64,000 nt of DNA from the NCBI GenBank assembly GCA_964448115.1, contig CAYUVA010000014.1:1-64000 (forward strand), given 5' to 3'. The DNA is from an uncultured bacterium (GTDB lineage Bacteria; CAYUVA01). Shown here piece after piece: positions 1 through 10,506 of the stretch (position 1 is the stretch's first letter; each line of letters opens with the position of its first letter). The notes beneath the pieces were generated by a model. It worked only from the letters and a program-made list of their open reading frames with translations, did no database searches and was not told where the DNA came from. The position numbers and the translations under genes are program-made.

Positions 1-1
1 A

Positions 2-3000
2 GAGGACACAATTCAGGTCATTATCACCCAGCCGATGGTCATCAGTGCTAGCAGTGATGCGGATGATCCCAAGTGCTTCAATGAGGATGTCCACTTCGAG
101 GGATATGCATCAGGTGGAAGCGGTTTTTACTCCTACCAGTGGGACTTTACCGATGACGGCACCTGGGATAGCACCGAACAGAACCCGGATTGGAATTACC
201 TGATCGATGGACCCGGCGTCTATGCTCCGCAATATACCGCAAGATTCAGGGCTACAGATGACATTTACGGCTTTTACCTGGAGACGACAACCACGGTCAA
301 CCTGATTGCCATACCTGATATTGAAATCCAGGTGAACAAGGTAAGTGAGTGCCTGAATGATGATGTAACTTTCATCGGCAATGCCTCTGGCGGAACCGGT
401 CCTTACACCTACGAGTGGGACTTCACCAATGATGGCACTATTGATGATAGCGGACAAACCGTGGTTCATAACTTCATGGCTGATGGGCAGGGACCGCACA
501 CGGTACGCCTGGTAGTTAACGATAGCGGCACCGGCTGCGTGGTGGAGACGACCACCAGCGTCTCCTTCGACCCCGGCTTCGATGTTAATAGCTGGTGGAC
601 AGCAAGATACAAGTGCATAGGAAAGCGTTACCAATTCTATGCATATCCAACACAGGGTAATTATAGGCAATATAATTTCTACTGGGACTTTGACATGGAC
701 GATGTCATTGATAGTACATACTATCGTCCATCCTGGTACCCGGATACTAACGGGATTTTCACGGTAAGGCTATGGATGGAGAAAAAGACCACTGGATGTT
801 TCATCTACCGGGAGCACATAGTTCCAGTCTATGAGATGCCCAGCGGTGGTTTCATCTCTCCCGATCTACCTGCCTGCTTAGTAGGCGGCAGTGTAACCGT
901 TGATTTCGAGGGATACTGCGATAATTGTGTTTACGAGCTGGTTTACTACTATTGGGACTTCGGCATGGATGGCAGTTGGGAGTATTGGCAGCGACAGAAT
1001 GTATCCTACACATACTATACCGAGGATATGCACGACCTCGCTATGTATATCTATGATTTCTATGGCTCTGGTTGTTACTCATATATCCAGTTCCCAGACA
1101 GCATCAACATAGCTGAACCCCCGGAACCGACCATACAGCATGATGATAGCGTTTGCGCCTCGGCGCCGATACAGTTCTCAGCCACCATCCAGCATGGCTC
1201 TGGCAGCTATACTTATGAGTGGGACTTTACAAATGACGGGATAGTTGACTCCTACGAGGAAACGCCGACCACCTCTTACCCAAGCGCAGGCACCTATACA
1301 GTTGCTCTGCATCTGATCGACGATAATGGCTGTGAGGGATGGGATACCTCGACAGTCGATGTGGTTCCGGGATTGCCTGTAACCCTGGATTCGGATAGTC
1401 CGGCATGCTTTGGCACCGAATCGATCAACTTCGAGGGTCAGGTTGTGGGCATGAGCGGCAACTTCATCTATCGTTGGGACTTCACCGATGATGGTACCTG
1501 GGACTCCAATGAGAACATCGTCTCTTATGACTATGCAGCCGAGGGTCCAGGCACCTATACAGCCAGGTTCTGGGCATTCGATGTCGATTCCTTCTGCGGC
1601 GGTGAGGATACCATCGAGGTCACCCTTTATGATCCACCGACAGTAAGCGCTTCCAATGATAGCCCGGTCTGCGCTGGTGAGCCAATACAATACGACAGCA
1701 ATATCAGCGGGCAGGTGGGAACTATTGATATCGCTTGGGACTTCGATGATGATGGCACCTGGGATCTGTTCGATGATCCATCGCCGACCTTCAACTTCTA
1801 CCAGCAGTCAGGCGTATTCAACTCCAGGCTGCGGGTTACCGATAACGGCTCCGGCTGCGTGGTATATGACACAACTACTACCACAGTTTATGAGCTGCCC
1901 ACTGTCTCCTTCACCAGCAATGCGCCGGTCTGCGAGGGAGAAGATATCGACTTTGTCTCCAGTGTCAGCGGTGGCGGTGGCGGATATAGCTATGCTTGGG
2001 ACTTCGACGGCGATGCGAGCAGGATCTCCGGATACTGGAAGTGGGAGCGCGGCGCCAGGCTGGAAGATGACTCGCTTTATGATCATAGCGCAGAGTGGCG
2101 TTCGCGAACCGGCGGCGCTGCCAGCGGAAGCTATGATGGTGGAAAACTCGGTGAGGCGGCTATGTTCACCTGGAGCGGCGACCATGTAAGGGTGCCGGAT
2201 CATTCCGCGCTAGACCTGACAAACGAGGGATCCATCGAGGCTTGGATCTATATCGATGCCCACCATTCTTATGCTGGCTTGGTTCACAAGGGCGATCGGT
2301 CCAACTGGAATGATGAGGCTTACTCATTCCAGTTCAATAGCAACCGTAGATTGATGTTGTATATTCTGGGGAATTCCTCCGCCTGGTCCTTGACATCAGC
2401 GAGCCAGCTCAATACCGGTCAATGGTATCATGTAGTCGGCACCTGGGGACCGGCCGGAATGCGCATATATATAAATGGCGCTCAAAATGCCTCCAACGGC
2501 AGTATTGCAACTGCCAGGACTACTGGCGGCGGTCTCAACATCGGCGCACAGCTCAACGAAGAGTACAACAGCACCTATCGCAACTTCCCATTCGAGGGAT
2601 TGATAGACAATGTAGCCATCTGGAACAGGCAACTGGAAGCGACCGAGGTTACCCAGCATTACAACAACGGCGATGGCTATGTCTGGCCGGTCTATGAGTC
2701 TGATGGCAGCATCGAGAGCACCGATCCCAATCCGACCTGGAGTTACAGCGGTCCGGTGCCAGCAGTCTATACTACCACGCTGACCGTTACCGATGCCAAT
2801 GGCTGCTCAGCCTCCTATTCCGATTTCACCTATATTTACGATGCACCGGTGGCAAGCGCCTCCAATAATGGACCGGTCTGCGATGGAGAGCAGGTTCGCT
2901 TGATAGCAACTGCAAGTGGAGGCTCTGGATCTTATAGCTACGAGTGGGACTTCACAACCGATGGAAGTATCGATAGCACCGAGAGACGCCCCTATGTAAC

Positions 3001-6000
3001 CTATCCATCTGCCGGCTACTACACGGCGACGGTCTATGTAACCGATACCCAGACCGGCTGCGAGTCTGACGATTATACTACGGTTACCGTTTATGAGAAT
3101 CCGCTGGCAGATGCAGATAACGATGGACCCAAGTGCTACGGCGAGACCTTCAACTTCACCGGCTCAGCAAGTGGGGGCAGCGGGACTTATGTCTCCTGGC
3201 AGTGGGACTTCGACAATGATGGCGACTACGAGGCTAGCGGTCAGAATGTCAACTTCACCTATCCGGAGCCGGCTTACGGACCGGGGACTTACACGGCTAG
3301 GCTGCGGGTTACCGACTCCAACGGCTGCTATGATGATGCCTACACCACGGTGACAGTATGGGAGAATCCAGTTGCTGTGGCGAGCAACGATGGTCCACTG
3401 TGCTACTTGGCAGAGGTGCACTTGTACGGTAGCGCCAGCGGCGGCACCCCGCCCTACAGTTGGGCATGGGATGTTGATGGCGATGGCACAGATGACTACT
3501 TCGTGCAGAATCCGCCCCATACATACAGCACCTGGGGCACCTACACGGCGAGGCTGACGGTTACCGATGCCAATGGCTGTGTTGATGTCGATTACACCAC
3601 GGTGGTTATCTGGGAAGAGCTGGCGGTTGACTTCTTTTCTAACCAGCCGGTCTGTTATGGCGAGACGGTCAACTTCAACGGCATGGCTGATGGTGGTACT
3701 CCGCCTTATGACTGGTACTGGGACTTCACCAATGATGGCACTTACGATGCCTTTACTCAGAACACCTCTTATGACTATTCGTCAGAGGGACCAGGCACAT
3801 ACACCGTGCATCTGCATGTCGAGGATCCGGATACAGGTTGCGTAGGAGATAGATATAGAAACGTAAAAATATATCCGGCGCCGACTGGATACTTCACCAG
3901 CAACAGCCCGGTCTGCGAGGGGGAGAGCATCCAGTTCAACTCGTTTGTCTCTGGCGGCTCCGGAAGCTATAACTATCAGTGGGACTTCACGAATAATGGA
4001 AGCATCGACTCCACGGTAGCCAATCCATCCTATAATTACGCTGCAGAGGGACCTGGGACTTACACGGTGCGCCTGGTGGTAACCGACCAGAGTTATCCCT
4101 GCGGGTTCACTTATTACGATACTGTAACCATCTACGATGCGCCGGATGTATCGGTTACCAATCAGTCCGATATCTGCGTTGGCGAGTCGGTGCAATTCTA
4201 CGCCACCATAACCGAGGGCACTGGCAGCTATACCATCGAGTGGGACTTCGAGAATGACGGCACTGTTGACAGCACCGAGGAAGATCCGAGCTATGACTAT
4301 GGTGGTGTCCCCGGCGATTATACCGCGCATCTGCATGTGGTGGATGATGGCAATGGCTGCGAGGTCGATGTTTATCGCGATATCCAGGTATGGGCTCGAC
4401 CGACGCTGAGCGCAACCAACGACAGCCCCGCTTGCGAAGGCTCAGAGGTGAGCTTCGTGGGCACGGTTAGTGGCTCCGTGGAAGGTGTATATTACTTCAG
4501 TTGGGACTTCGATGGAGACTGGAGCTGGGATCTCTCCAGCGATTATAGGCATCCAGAGGATCTAACACCGACCTGGGAGTACGATGATGACGGCACTTAT
4601 ACCGCTATCTTCGGCGTTTGGGATCAGCATTCAGATCCGGAATGGAGTGGCTGTTGGCAGTCGGTAACTACTCAAGTTACCATCTGGGATAAGCCAAATG
4701 CCAATGCGACAAATGGCGGTGCGGTCTGCGAGGGACAAGCCACCCAGCTCTTCGGCAGCGCAAGCACTGGAACACCGCCATATACCTACGAGTGGGATTT
4801 CACCGATGATGGCTCCTACGATGCTGTCGGACAGAACCAGACCTACACATATCCTTATGGTAGTCATAGGGCAAGGCTGCGCGTAACCGATAGCAATGGC
4901 TGCCAGGATACTGACACCACCAACATTACGGTGCGCCGAGTCGTTGCATCTGCCTCCAGCGACTCGCCGGCTTGCCTGGGCGATCCGATCTGCTTCAACG
5001 GCAGCGGCTCGCAAGGTTCGGGTAACTACTCTTACTTGTGGAACTTCGGAGATGGTTCTCCGAACTCTACACAGAGGAATCCGTGCCATACTTATAGCTC
5101 GGTCAATACCTTCACGGTTACATTGACGGTAACCGATAACAGTTGGGGTTGCGTGGATACAGATCAGATCCAGGTTCAGGTTGTACCCAATCCATCAGCC
5201 AACCCGACCAATGATGGACCCAAGTGCTATGGCGCAACTTTCAACTTCACTGCCAATCCATCCGGTGGCACCCCGCCCTACTCCTACGCATGGGACTTCA
5301 CCGATGATGGCAGCACGGACAGCACGCAGCAGAATCCAAGCTATAATTACCTTGCCGAGGGCTATGGCACCGGCTCCTACACCGCGCGGGTAACCATCAC
5401 CGACAGCAACGGTTGCAGCGATACTGATACGACTACGGTGCAGTTCGCCGATACCTTCAATGTCTCTGCCAGCAACGATGGACCGGTCTGCGATGGTGAA
5501 TCGGTACAGCTAACCTCAACGGTGAGCGGCGGTTCGGGCAACTACAGCTATCAGTGGGACTTTGACGGCGATGGAAATTGGGATAGCACTGAGGATGATC
5601 CTACATATACCTATCCGGCTGCCGGCTCTTACCAGACAAGGCTGCGGGTAACCGATACCATAGATGGCTGTCTTGGCGAGGCTACTACATCGGTGATTGT
5701 GCGCGGTATCCCGATTGCCAATCCGACCAGCAACTCGCCGGTCTGCTATGGTAACAGCGTCAACTTCTCGATGAATCCATCCGGCGGCACCGGCAGCTAC
5801 ACCTATCGCTGGGACTTCACCGATAATGGCTCCTGGGATTCGACCCAGCAGAATCCGAGCTACAGCTACATCGCAGAGGGTCCGGGCACTTATACAGTGC
5901 GCTATCGTTTGACCGATGCTGCCCAGCCGCACTGTTACACTGAGGATACGATGCAGGTTACGGTTAACCCGGCTATAAGCGCAACCGCGAGCAACGACAG

Positions 6001-9000
6001 CCCGGAGTGCTTTGGCAAGTTGATCAACTTCAGCGGCTCTGCCAGCGGCGGCTCCGGTAACTACACCTATCGCTGGGACTTCACCGATAATGGCTCCTGG
6101 GATGCGACTGGTCAGAATGTAAGCTATGGTTATGGACCTTATGGACCTGGCACATACACCTGCCGTATGCGAGCGAGCGATAACTCCACTGGATGTTATG
6201 CTGAGGACACGACCACTGTCGAGGTGCTCAATGCCCTGGTTGCCACTATCATCCACAATGCCCCCATATGCTACGGACAAAGTGTCAACTTCAGCGGCTC
6301 TGCCAGCGGCGGCTCTGGCAATTATAGCTACCAGTGGGACTTCACCGATGACGGCAGCATCGATGCCAGCGGTCAGAATGTGAGCTACGATTACGGCTCC
6401 GAGGGACCGGGTACATATATTGCCAGGCTCTATGCGCATGATAACGATACTGGCTGCGATAACGAGACCACCGTTCAGGTCAAAGTCGAGGAGAATGTCG
6501 AGGTTATAGCCTCCAATAACAGTCCAAAGTGTCATGGGGACAATGTAACCTTCGAGGCTGACATTACCGGTGGCTCTGGCGACTACAGCTACGAGTGGGA
6601 TTTCACTAATGACGGCAGCATCGACTCAACGCAGAGCAGACCAAAATATAACTACAGCTCAGAGGGTCCGGGCACTTATACCTGCTATGTGAAGGTTACC
6701 GATAACGAGACAACCTGCTGGGGCGAATCGACCACCGATGTAACCATCAAGGTCTTGCCCGAGGTCGATGCTACGGTTGCAGATAACGAGAAATGTTATG
6801 GAGAGGTCTTCGAGTTCTTCGGTCAAGGCTCCGGTGGCGCCGGCGGACCTTACCTGTATGCCTGGGATTTCCAGGATGACGGATCCTGGGATTCGACCGC
6901 ACAGAATCCGACCTATAACTACGCCTCAGACGGACCGGGTAACTACACTGCTAGACTGCGTGTAACCGATACGGCGAATAGCTGCGCAAATTACGACACG
7001 GTTCAGGTCAATGTGCTCACCCTGCCGACTCCGCAGCCGAGCAACGACTCGCCAACCTGTGTAGGATTGCCAGTGCATTTCACCGGCAATGCAAGCGGCG
7101 GCAGCGGAAACTATGCATGGGAATGGGACTTCGAGGGAGATGGAGTCTATGACTCGACAGATCGCAATCCAACCCATACCTACAGCACTGCTAACAACTA
7201 CACAGCGGTGCTGAGAGTTACTGACAACGACTCTGGATGTGTAAATACCGGCACCACAGTGGTTACCGTTAACGAAGGCGTAACTGTTAGTGCAACAAAT
7301 AACTCTCCTAAGTGCGAGGGAGTGCCGATCAACTTCGTTGGCATCGCCTCCGGACAGACTGGTCCATATACCTTCGAGTGGGACTTCACCGACGATGGGA
7401 CAGTTGACTCTACGCAGCAGAATCCGAGCTATGACTATGCTGGATACCCGGCGGGGGTTTATACTGCCCGGCTGACGGTTACTGACAACCCGACCGGCTG
7501 CCAGGGATTCGATACCACAACGGTTACCGTAGCCGAGAAGCCAGTTCCTTCAGCGAGCAGCAACTCGCCACAGTGTTACGGCAAGTCGATCCAGTTCACT
7601 GGGTCAGCGACCGGCGGCAGCGGCAACTACAACTGGAGATGGGACTTCACCGATGATGGCATCTTCGACTCCACGCAGCAGAATCCGAGCTACAACTACC
7701 TGACACAGGGACCGGGCACATACACGGTACGGTTCAGGGCAATAGACCAGGTAGCTCCCAACTGCCATGGCGAGACGACTATCCAGGTTCAGGTAACCAC
7801 CGCGCTGACCGTAGAGGTCATCTCCGACTCGCCGGGCTGCGTGGGGCTGCCGATAAACTTCCAGGCATCGATAACAGGAGGCAGCGGCGACTTTAGTTAC
7901 CAGTGGGACTTCGAGAGCGATGGTGTCTGGGATTCGACGGAGCCGGAGGACAGCCATATCTATCCATCTACCGGCATGTACACGGCGACACTTCGGGTTA
8001 TCGATAATTTTGATGGCTGCATCGGTCAGGATACGAGCGTAGTCGAGGTTACCAGTGAGCTGTCGGTGGTCGGCATCAGTGATTCGCCCAAGTGTATCGG
8101 TGAGCAGATCAACTTCAATGCGCTGCCTAGCGGAGGATACGAGGACTACTCCTATCGTTGGGACTTCACCACTGACGGCACCTGGGATGCGAGCGTGAAG
8201 CAGCCGAGCTATGGATATGAGGCTGAGGGCGCGGGGACCTATACGGCTACGGTTGAGCTTACTGATAATGTAACTGGCTGCGTAGATACTGACACGGTTG
8301 AGGTTGTCATGCACCCAGCGCTTAATGTGGGAGCATCCAACGACTCACCAACCTGCTTCGGTGATTATGTGAACTTCACTGGAACTGCCTCTAATGGTTC
8401 GGGCAACTACTCCTGGGCATGGGACTTCACCGACGACGGGTACTTCGATTCCAGTCAACAGAATCCGAGCTATAACTATAGTAGCTATAGCGCAGGGAAT
8501 TACACTGCTAGACTGAGAGTGATCGACAATGAAACCGGCTGCGAGAAGGATGCGACCACTTCAGTAACGCTTATCGCCTCACCGAGCATTGTGATGGATA
8601 ACGACTCACCGGTCTGCAACGGTCTGGATGTCCACTTCACCTGCACTCCATCTGGTGGTTCTGGCGACTACAGCTATCAATGGGACTTCACCGATGATGG
8701 CACCTGGGATAGCACGGCGCAGAATCCTAGCTATGACTATCAAGGTGAGGGCGAGGGAATAGGCAATTACACCGCCCGGGTGCGCGTAACCGACAATGTA
8801 ACCGGCTGCTACCGGGAGAAGACTGATACGGTAGATATTGCTGCTGCCCTGAATCTGCAAGCCACCAATGACTCCCCTGCCTGTGATGGCGAATCAGTCA
8901 GCTTCGTGGGCGTGGCTAGCGGTGGCAGTGGCAACTATAGCTACAGATGGGACTTCACCGATGACGGGACTTGGGACAGCAGCAGCCAGAATCCGAGCTA

Positions 9001-10228
9001 CACCTATTCGACTTATGGCAGCTACACTGCCCGCTTCCAGGCGACCGATGAAGACTGGGGATGCGTGCAGGATAAGACAACATCGGTAACTATCTACCAG
9101 AAACCGATCGCCAATCCGACTAATGACTCACCGGTCACTTACGGAACTCCGGTCAACTTCCAGGCAAATGTAAGTGGCGGCTCCGGCTCCTACACAATTC
9201 AGTGGGACTTCACCAACAACGGCGACTATGAGACCAGCGGAGCCAATGTCTCTTATGACTACAGTACAGAGGGACCGGGAAGCTATACTGCTAGGGTCTA
9301 TGTATTGGACAATGTCTATAACTGTATAACCGAGGCTTTGACCCAGGTAACCATAAACCCGGCAATGGCAGCAGCCATGATGGCATCGATCACTGGCTCG
9401 GTTACAGACCAGGTGGTCTCAGAGCGCATGGAGGCTTACAATACGCTCCATCTAGCTGTGAATGCCATATCCTGGCTATCGACTATGGTTAACCTTGAGC
9501 CTGGCGAGATAGTCTTCTTGAACCATAGAAAGGGTTACTACTATGACATTAATCCTTATGACTTCACGCCCTTCAGGCTGCTGGCTTCCAGTCTCGAAAA
9601 CTTCGGATACAAGGTGCGTGTGCTTGCTGCCAACCATACCAAGGGTTCGAGATTCCATGATTGGTTGACCTACGAGATGATCCAGGATGCTGATGTTCTG
9701 ATAATCGCCTCGCCGATGCTGAATTGGAGTCCGTCCGAGCTTGAGGTGCTCTATGAGTATGTGCATCAGGGCGGTGCAATATTCCTAATGGTCTCGCTGG
9801 ACGAGGATATTGCGCCGGAGACCGGCATCAACAAGGCGATCATCGACTCTGCGAACCAGGTCGCTAGGATGTTCGGCTTTGCTTATGGGTACGACTATAT
9901 CGCCGACAATGTAGCCAACCTGAAGGGGAACGAGGAGAATCCGATAATCTACTATCCGAATATGAATATGGATTACCCGATCTTCTGGAACTTGCCTGGC
10001 TTGGGAGATTACGATCGAGCGTTCAGCCTGCTGACCAGGTCTCCTTCGATAACACTACTGGATGAGAACGGGATCGAGCTTGCCTGGGGTGGTGATAGTG
10101 CATATCGAGTACTCAAGGGAGTCGCACAACAGCCGGATTATCCGCTGGTGATTGGGCTTTATATCTCCAAGATCGCACACTCAATACCGAGCGTAACCGA
10201 GCCGACTGCTCAGGATAGGGTCGATTAA
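2..10228 (+). CDS. Giant secreted/surface PKD-repeat protein (33 Cys-containing PKD repeats in window, one LamG-like jellyroll, C-terminal GldG/DUF4350-like domain); 5' end lies outside the window
   Basis: Frame is open from nt 2 (EDTIQVIITQP) into the ATG at 35. I count 33 W(D/N)(F/V) PKD motifs of the type SGGSGxYxYxWDFTxDGxWDSTxQNPSY..GPGTYTARLRVTD..GC. LamG motifs SIEAWIY, QWYHVVGTW, RIYING, FEGLIDNVAIWNRQL. C-terminal DADVLIIASP..ELEVLYEYVHQGGAIFL. Confidence 0.9.
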   Translation, partial: EDTIQVIITQPMVISASSDADDPKCFNEDVHFEGYASGGSGFYSYQWDFTDDGTWDSTEQNPDWNYLIDGPGVYAPQYTARFRATDDIYGFYLETTTTVNLIAIPDIEIQVNKVSECLNDDVTFIGNASGGTGPYTYEWDFTNDGTIDDSGQTVVHNFMADGQGPHTVRLVVNDSGTGCVVETTTSVSFDPGFDVNSWWTARYKCIGKRYQFYAYPTQGNYRQYNFYWDFDMDDVIDSTYYRPSWYPDTNGIFTVRLWMEKKTTGCFIYREHIVPVYEMPSGGFISPDLPACLVGGSVTVDFEGYCDNCVYELVYYYWDFGMDGSWEYWQRQNVSYTYYTEDMHDLAMYIYDFYGSGCYSYIQFPDSINIAEPPEPTIQHDDSVCASAPIQFSATIQHGSGSYTYEWDFTNDGIVDSYEETPTTSYPSAGTYTVALHLIDDNGCEGWDTSTVDVVPGLPVTLDSDSPACFGTESINFEGQVVGMSGNFIYRWDFTDDGTWDSNENIVSYDYAAEGPGTYTARFWAFDVDSFCGGEDTIEVTLYDPPTVSASNDSPVCAGEPIQYDSNISGQVGTIDIAWDFDDDGTWDLFDDPSPTFNFYQQSGVFNSRLRVTDNGSGCVVYDTTTTTVYELPTVSFTSNAPVCEGEDIDFVSSVSGGGGGYSYAWDFDGDASRISGYWKWERGARLEDDSLYDHSAEWRSRTGGAASGSYDGGKLGEAAMFTWSGDHVRVPDHSALDLTNEGSIEAWIYIDAHHSYAGLVHKGDRSNWNDEAYSFQFNSNRRLMLYILGNSSAWSLTSASQLNTGQWYHVVGTWGPAGMRIYINGAQNASNGSIATARTTGGGLNIGAQLNEEYNSTYRNFPFEGLIDNVAIWNRQLEATEVTQHYNNGDGYVWPVYESDGSIESTDPNPTWSYSGPVPAVYTTTLTVTDANGCSASYSDFTYIYDAPVASASNNGPVCDGEQVRLIATASGGSGSYSYEWDFTTDGSIDSTERRPYVTYPSAGYYTATVYVTDTQTGCESDDYTTVTVYENPLADADNDGPKCYGETFNFTGSASGGSGTYVSWQWDFDNDGDYEASGQNVNFTYPEPAYGPGTYTARLRVTDSNGCYDDAYTTVTVWENPVAVASNDGPLCYLAEVHLYGSASGGTPPYSWAWDVDGDGTDDYFVQNPPHTYSTWGTYTARLTVTDANGCVDVDYTTVVIWEELAVDFFSNQPVCYGETVNFNGMADGGTPPYDWYWDFTNDGTYDAFTQNTSYDYSSEGPGTYTVHLHVEDPDTGCVGDRYRNVKIYPAPTGYFTSNSPVCEGESIQFNSFVSGGSGSYNYQWDFTNNGSIDSTVANPSYNYAAEGPGTYTVRLVVTDQSYPCGFTYYDTVTIYDAPDVSVTNQSDICVGESVQFYATITEGTGSYTIEWDFENDGTVDSTEEDPSYDYGGVPGDYTAHLHVVDDGNGCEVDVYRDIQVWARPTLSATNDSPACEGSEVSFVGTVSGSVEGVYYFSWDFDGDWSWDLSSDYRHPEDLTPTWEYDDDGTYTAIFGVWDQHSDPEWSGCWQSVTTQVTIWDKPNANATNGGAVCEGQATQLFGSASTGTPPYTYEWDFTDDGSYDAVGQNQTYTYPYGSHRARLRVTDSNGCQDTDTTNITVRRVVASASSDSPACLGDPICFNGSGSQGSGNYSYLWNFGDGSPNSTQRNPCHTYSSVNTFTVTLTVTDNSWGCVDTDQIQVQVVPNPSANPTNDGPKCYGATFNFTANPSGGTPPYSYAWDFTDDGSTDSTQQNPSYNYLAEGYGTGSYTARVTITDSNGCSDTDTTTVQFADTFNVSASNDGPVCDGESVQLTSTVSGGSGNYSYQWDFDGDGNWDSTEDDPTYTYPAAGSYQTRLRVTDTIDGCLGEATTSVIVRGIPIANPTSNSPVCYGNSVNFSMNPSGGTGSYTYRWDFTDNGSWDSTQQNPSYSYIAEGPGTYTVRYRLTDAAQPHCYTEDTMQVTVNPAISATASNDSPECFGKLINFSGSASGGSGNYTYRWDFTDNGSWDATGQNVSYGYGPYGPGTYTCRMRASDNSTGCYAEDTTTVEVLNALVATIIHNAPICYGQSVNFSGSASGGSGNYSYQWDFTDDGSIDASGQNVSYDYGSEGPGTYIARLYAHDNDTGCDNETTVQVKVEENVEVIASNNSPKCHGDNVTFEADITGGSGDYSYEWDFTNDGSIDSTQSRPKYNYSSEGPGTYTCYVKVTDNETTCWGESTTDVTIKVLPEVDATVADNEKCYGEVFEFFGQGSGGAGGPYLYAWDFQDDGSWDSTAQNPTYNYASDGPGNYTARLRVTDTANSCANYDTVQVNVLTLPTPQPSNDSPTCVGLPVHFTGNASGGSGNYAWEWDFEGDGVYDSTDRNPTHTYSTANNYTAVLRVTDNDSGCVNTGTTVVTVNEGVTVSATNNSPKCEGVPINFVGIASGQTGPYTFEWDFTDDGTVDSTQQNPSYDYAGYPAGVYTARLTVTDNPTGCQGFDTTTVTVAEKPVPSASSNSPQCYGKSIQFTGSATGGSGNYNWRWDFTDDGIFDSTQQNPSYNYLTQGPGTYTVRFRAIDQVAPNCHGETTIQVQVTTALTVEVISDSPGCVGLPINFQASITGGSGDFSYQWDFESDGVWDSTEPEDSHIYPSTGMYTATLRVIDNFDGCIGQDTSVVEVTSELSVVGISDSPKCIGEQINFNALPSGGYEDYSYRWDFTTDGTWDASVKQPSYGYEAEGAGTYTATVELTDNVTGCVDTDTVEVVMHPALNVGASNDSPTCFGDYVNFTGTASNGSGNYSWAWDFTDDGYFDSSQQNPSYNYSSYSAGNYTARLRVIDNETGCEKDATTSVTLIASPSIVMDNDSPVCNGLDVHFTCTPSGGSGDYSYQWDFTDDGTWDSTAQNPSYDYQGEGEGIGNYTARVRVTDNVTGCYREKTDTVDIAAALNLQATNDSPACDGESVSFVGVASGGSGNYSYRWDFTDDGTWDSSSQNPSYTYSTYGSYTARFQATDEDWGCVQDKTTSVTIYQKPIANPTNDSPVTYGTPVNFQANVSGGSGSYTIQWDFTNNGDYETSGANVSYDYSTEGPGSYTARVYVLDNVYNCITEALTQVTINPAMAAAMMASITGSVTDQVVSERMEAYNTLHLAVNAISWLSTMVNLEPGEIVFLNHRKGYYYDINPYDFTPFRLLASSLENFGYKVRVLAANHTKGSRFHDWLTYEMIQDADVLIIASPMLNWSPSELEVLYEYVHQGGAIFLMVSLDEDIAPETGINKAIIDSANQVARMFGFAYGYDYIADNVANLKGNEENPIIYYPNMNMDYPIFWNLPGLGDYDRAFSLLTRSPSITLLDENGIELAWGGDSAYRVLKGVAQQPDYPLVIGLYISKIAHSIPSVTEPTAQDRVD

Positions 10229-10413
10229 CCCTGGCAAGATCAATTTTATTCGCTCTTGCATGGCTTGACTAGAAGTGGAGACTTTTCGCCGCTGTCTTGT
10301 GCCGATGGCTATCTGGACAGGGTCGGGATTCCTTGGGGGCTAGAAGCGGAGCCTTGCCCTCGCATCTTGTTTCCTCTATCTGTCTGGAAAATTTATCCAA
10401 TGATAAAATAGCC

Positions 10414-10442
10414 TTGACATTCAAAGCACTCTTATATATAGT
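10414..10442 (+). promoter_or_regulatory. Putative sigma70 promoter for the beta-barrel gene
   Basis: TTGACA (10414-10419), 17-nt spacer, TATAGT (10437-10442), upstream of GGAGG and the ATG at 10507. Confidence 0.6.
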
Positions 10443-10506
10443 TAACAAAGTTCTTTGTAGGACTATAAAAGATGAGCCAATAAGTTTGCAGGAGGTCATT
10501 TTGGAC

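Noticed and set aside
110-9779. Many antisense and alternative-frame ORFs inside the giant gene (e.g. 5516-6535)
   Set aside because: Shadows of the repetitive PKD coding strand with no independent motifs
10297-10506. 70-aa N-terminal extension of the beta-barrel ORF
   Set aside because: Promoter, GGAGG RBS and signal peptide all point to ATG 10507
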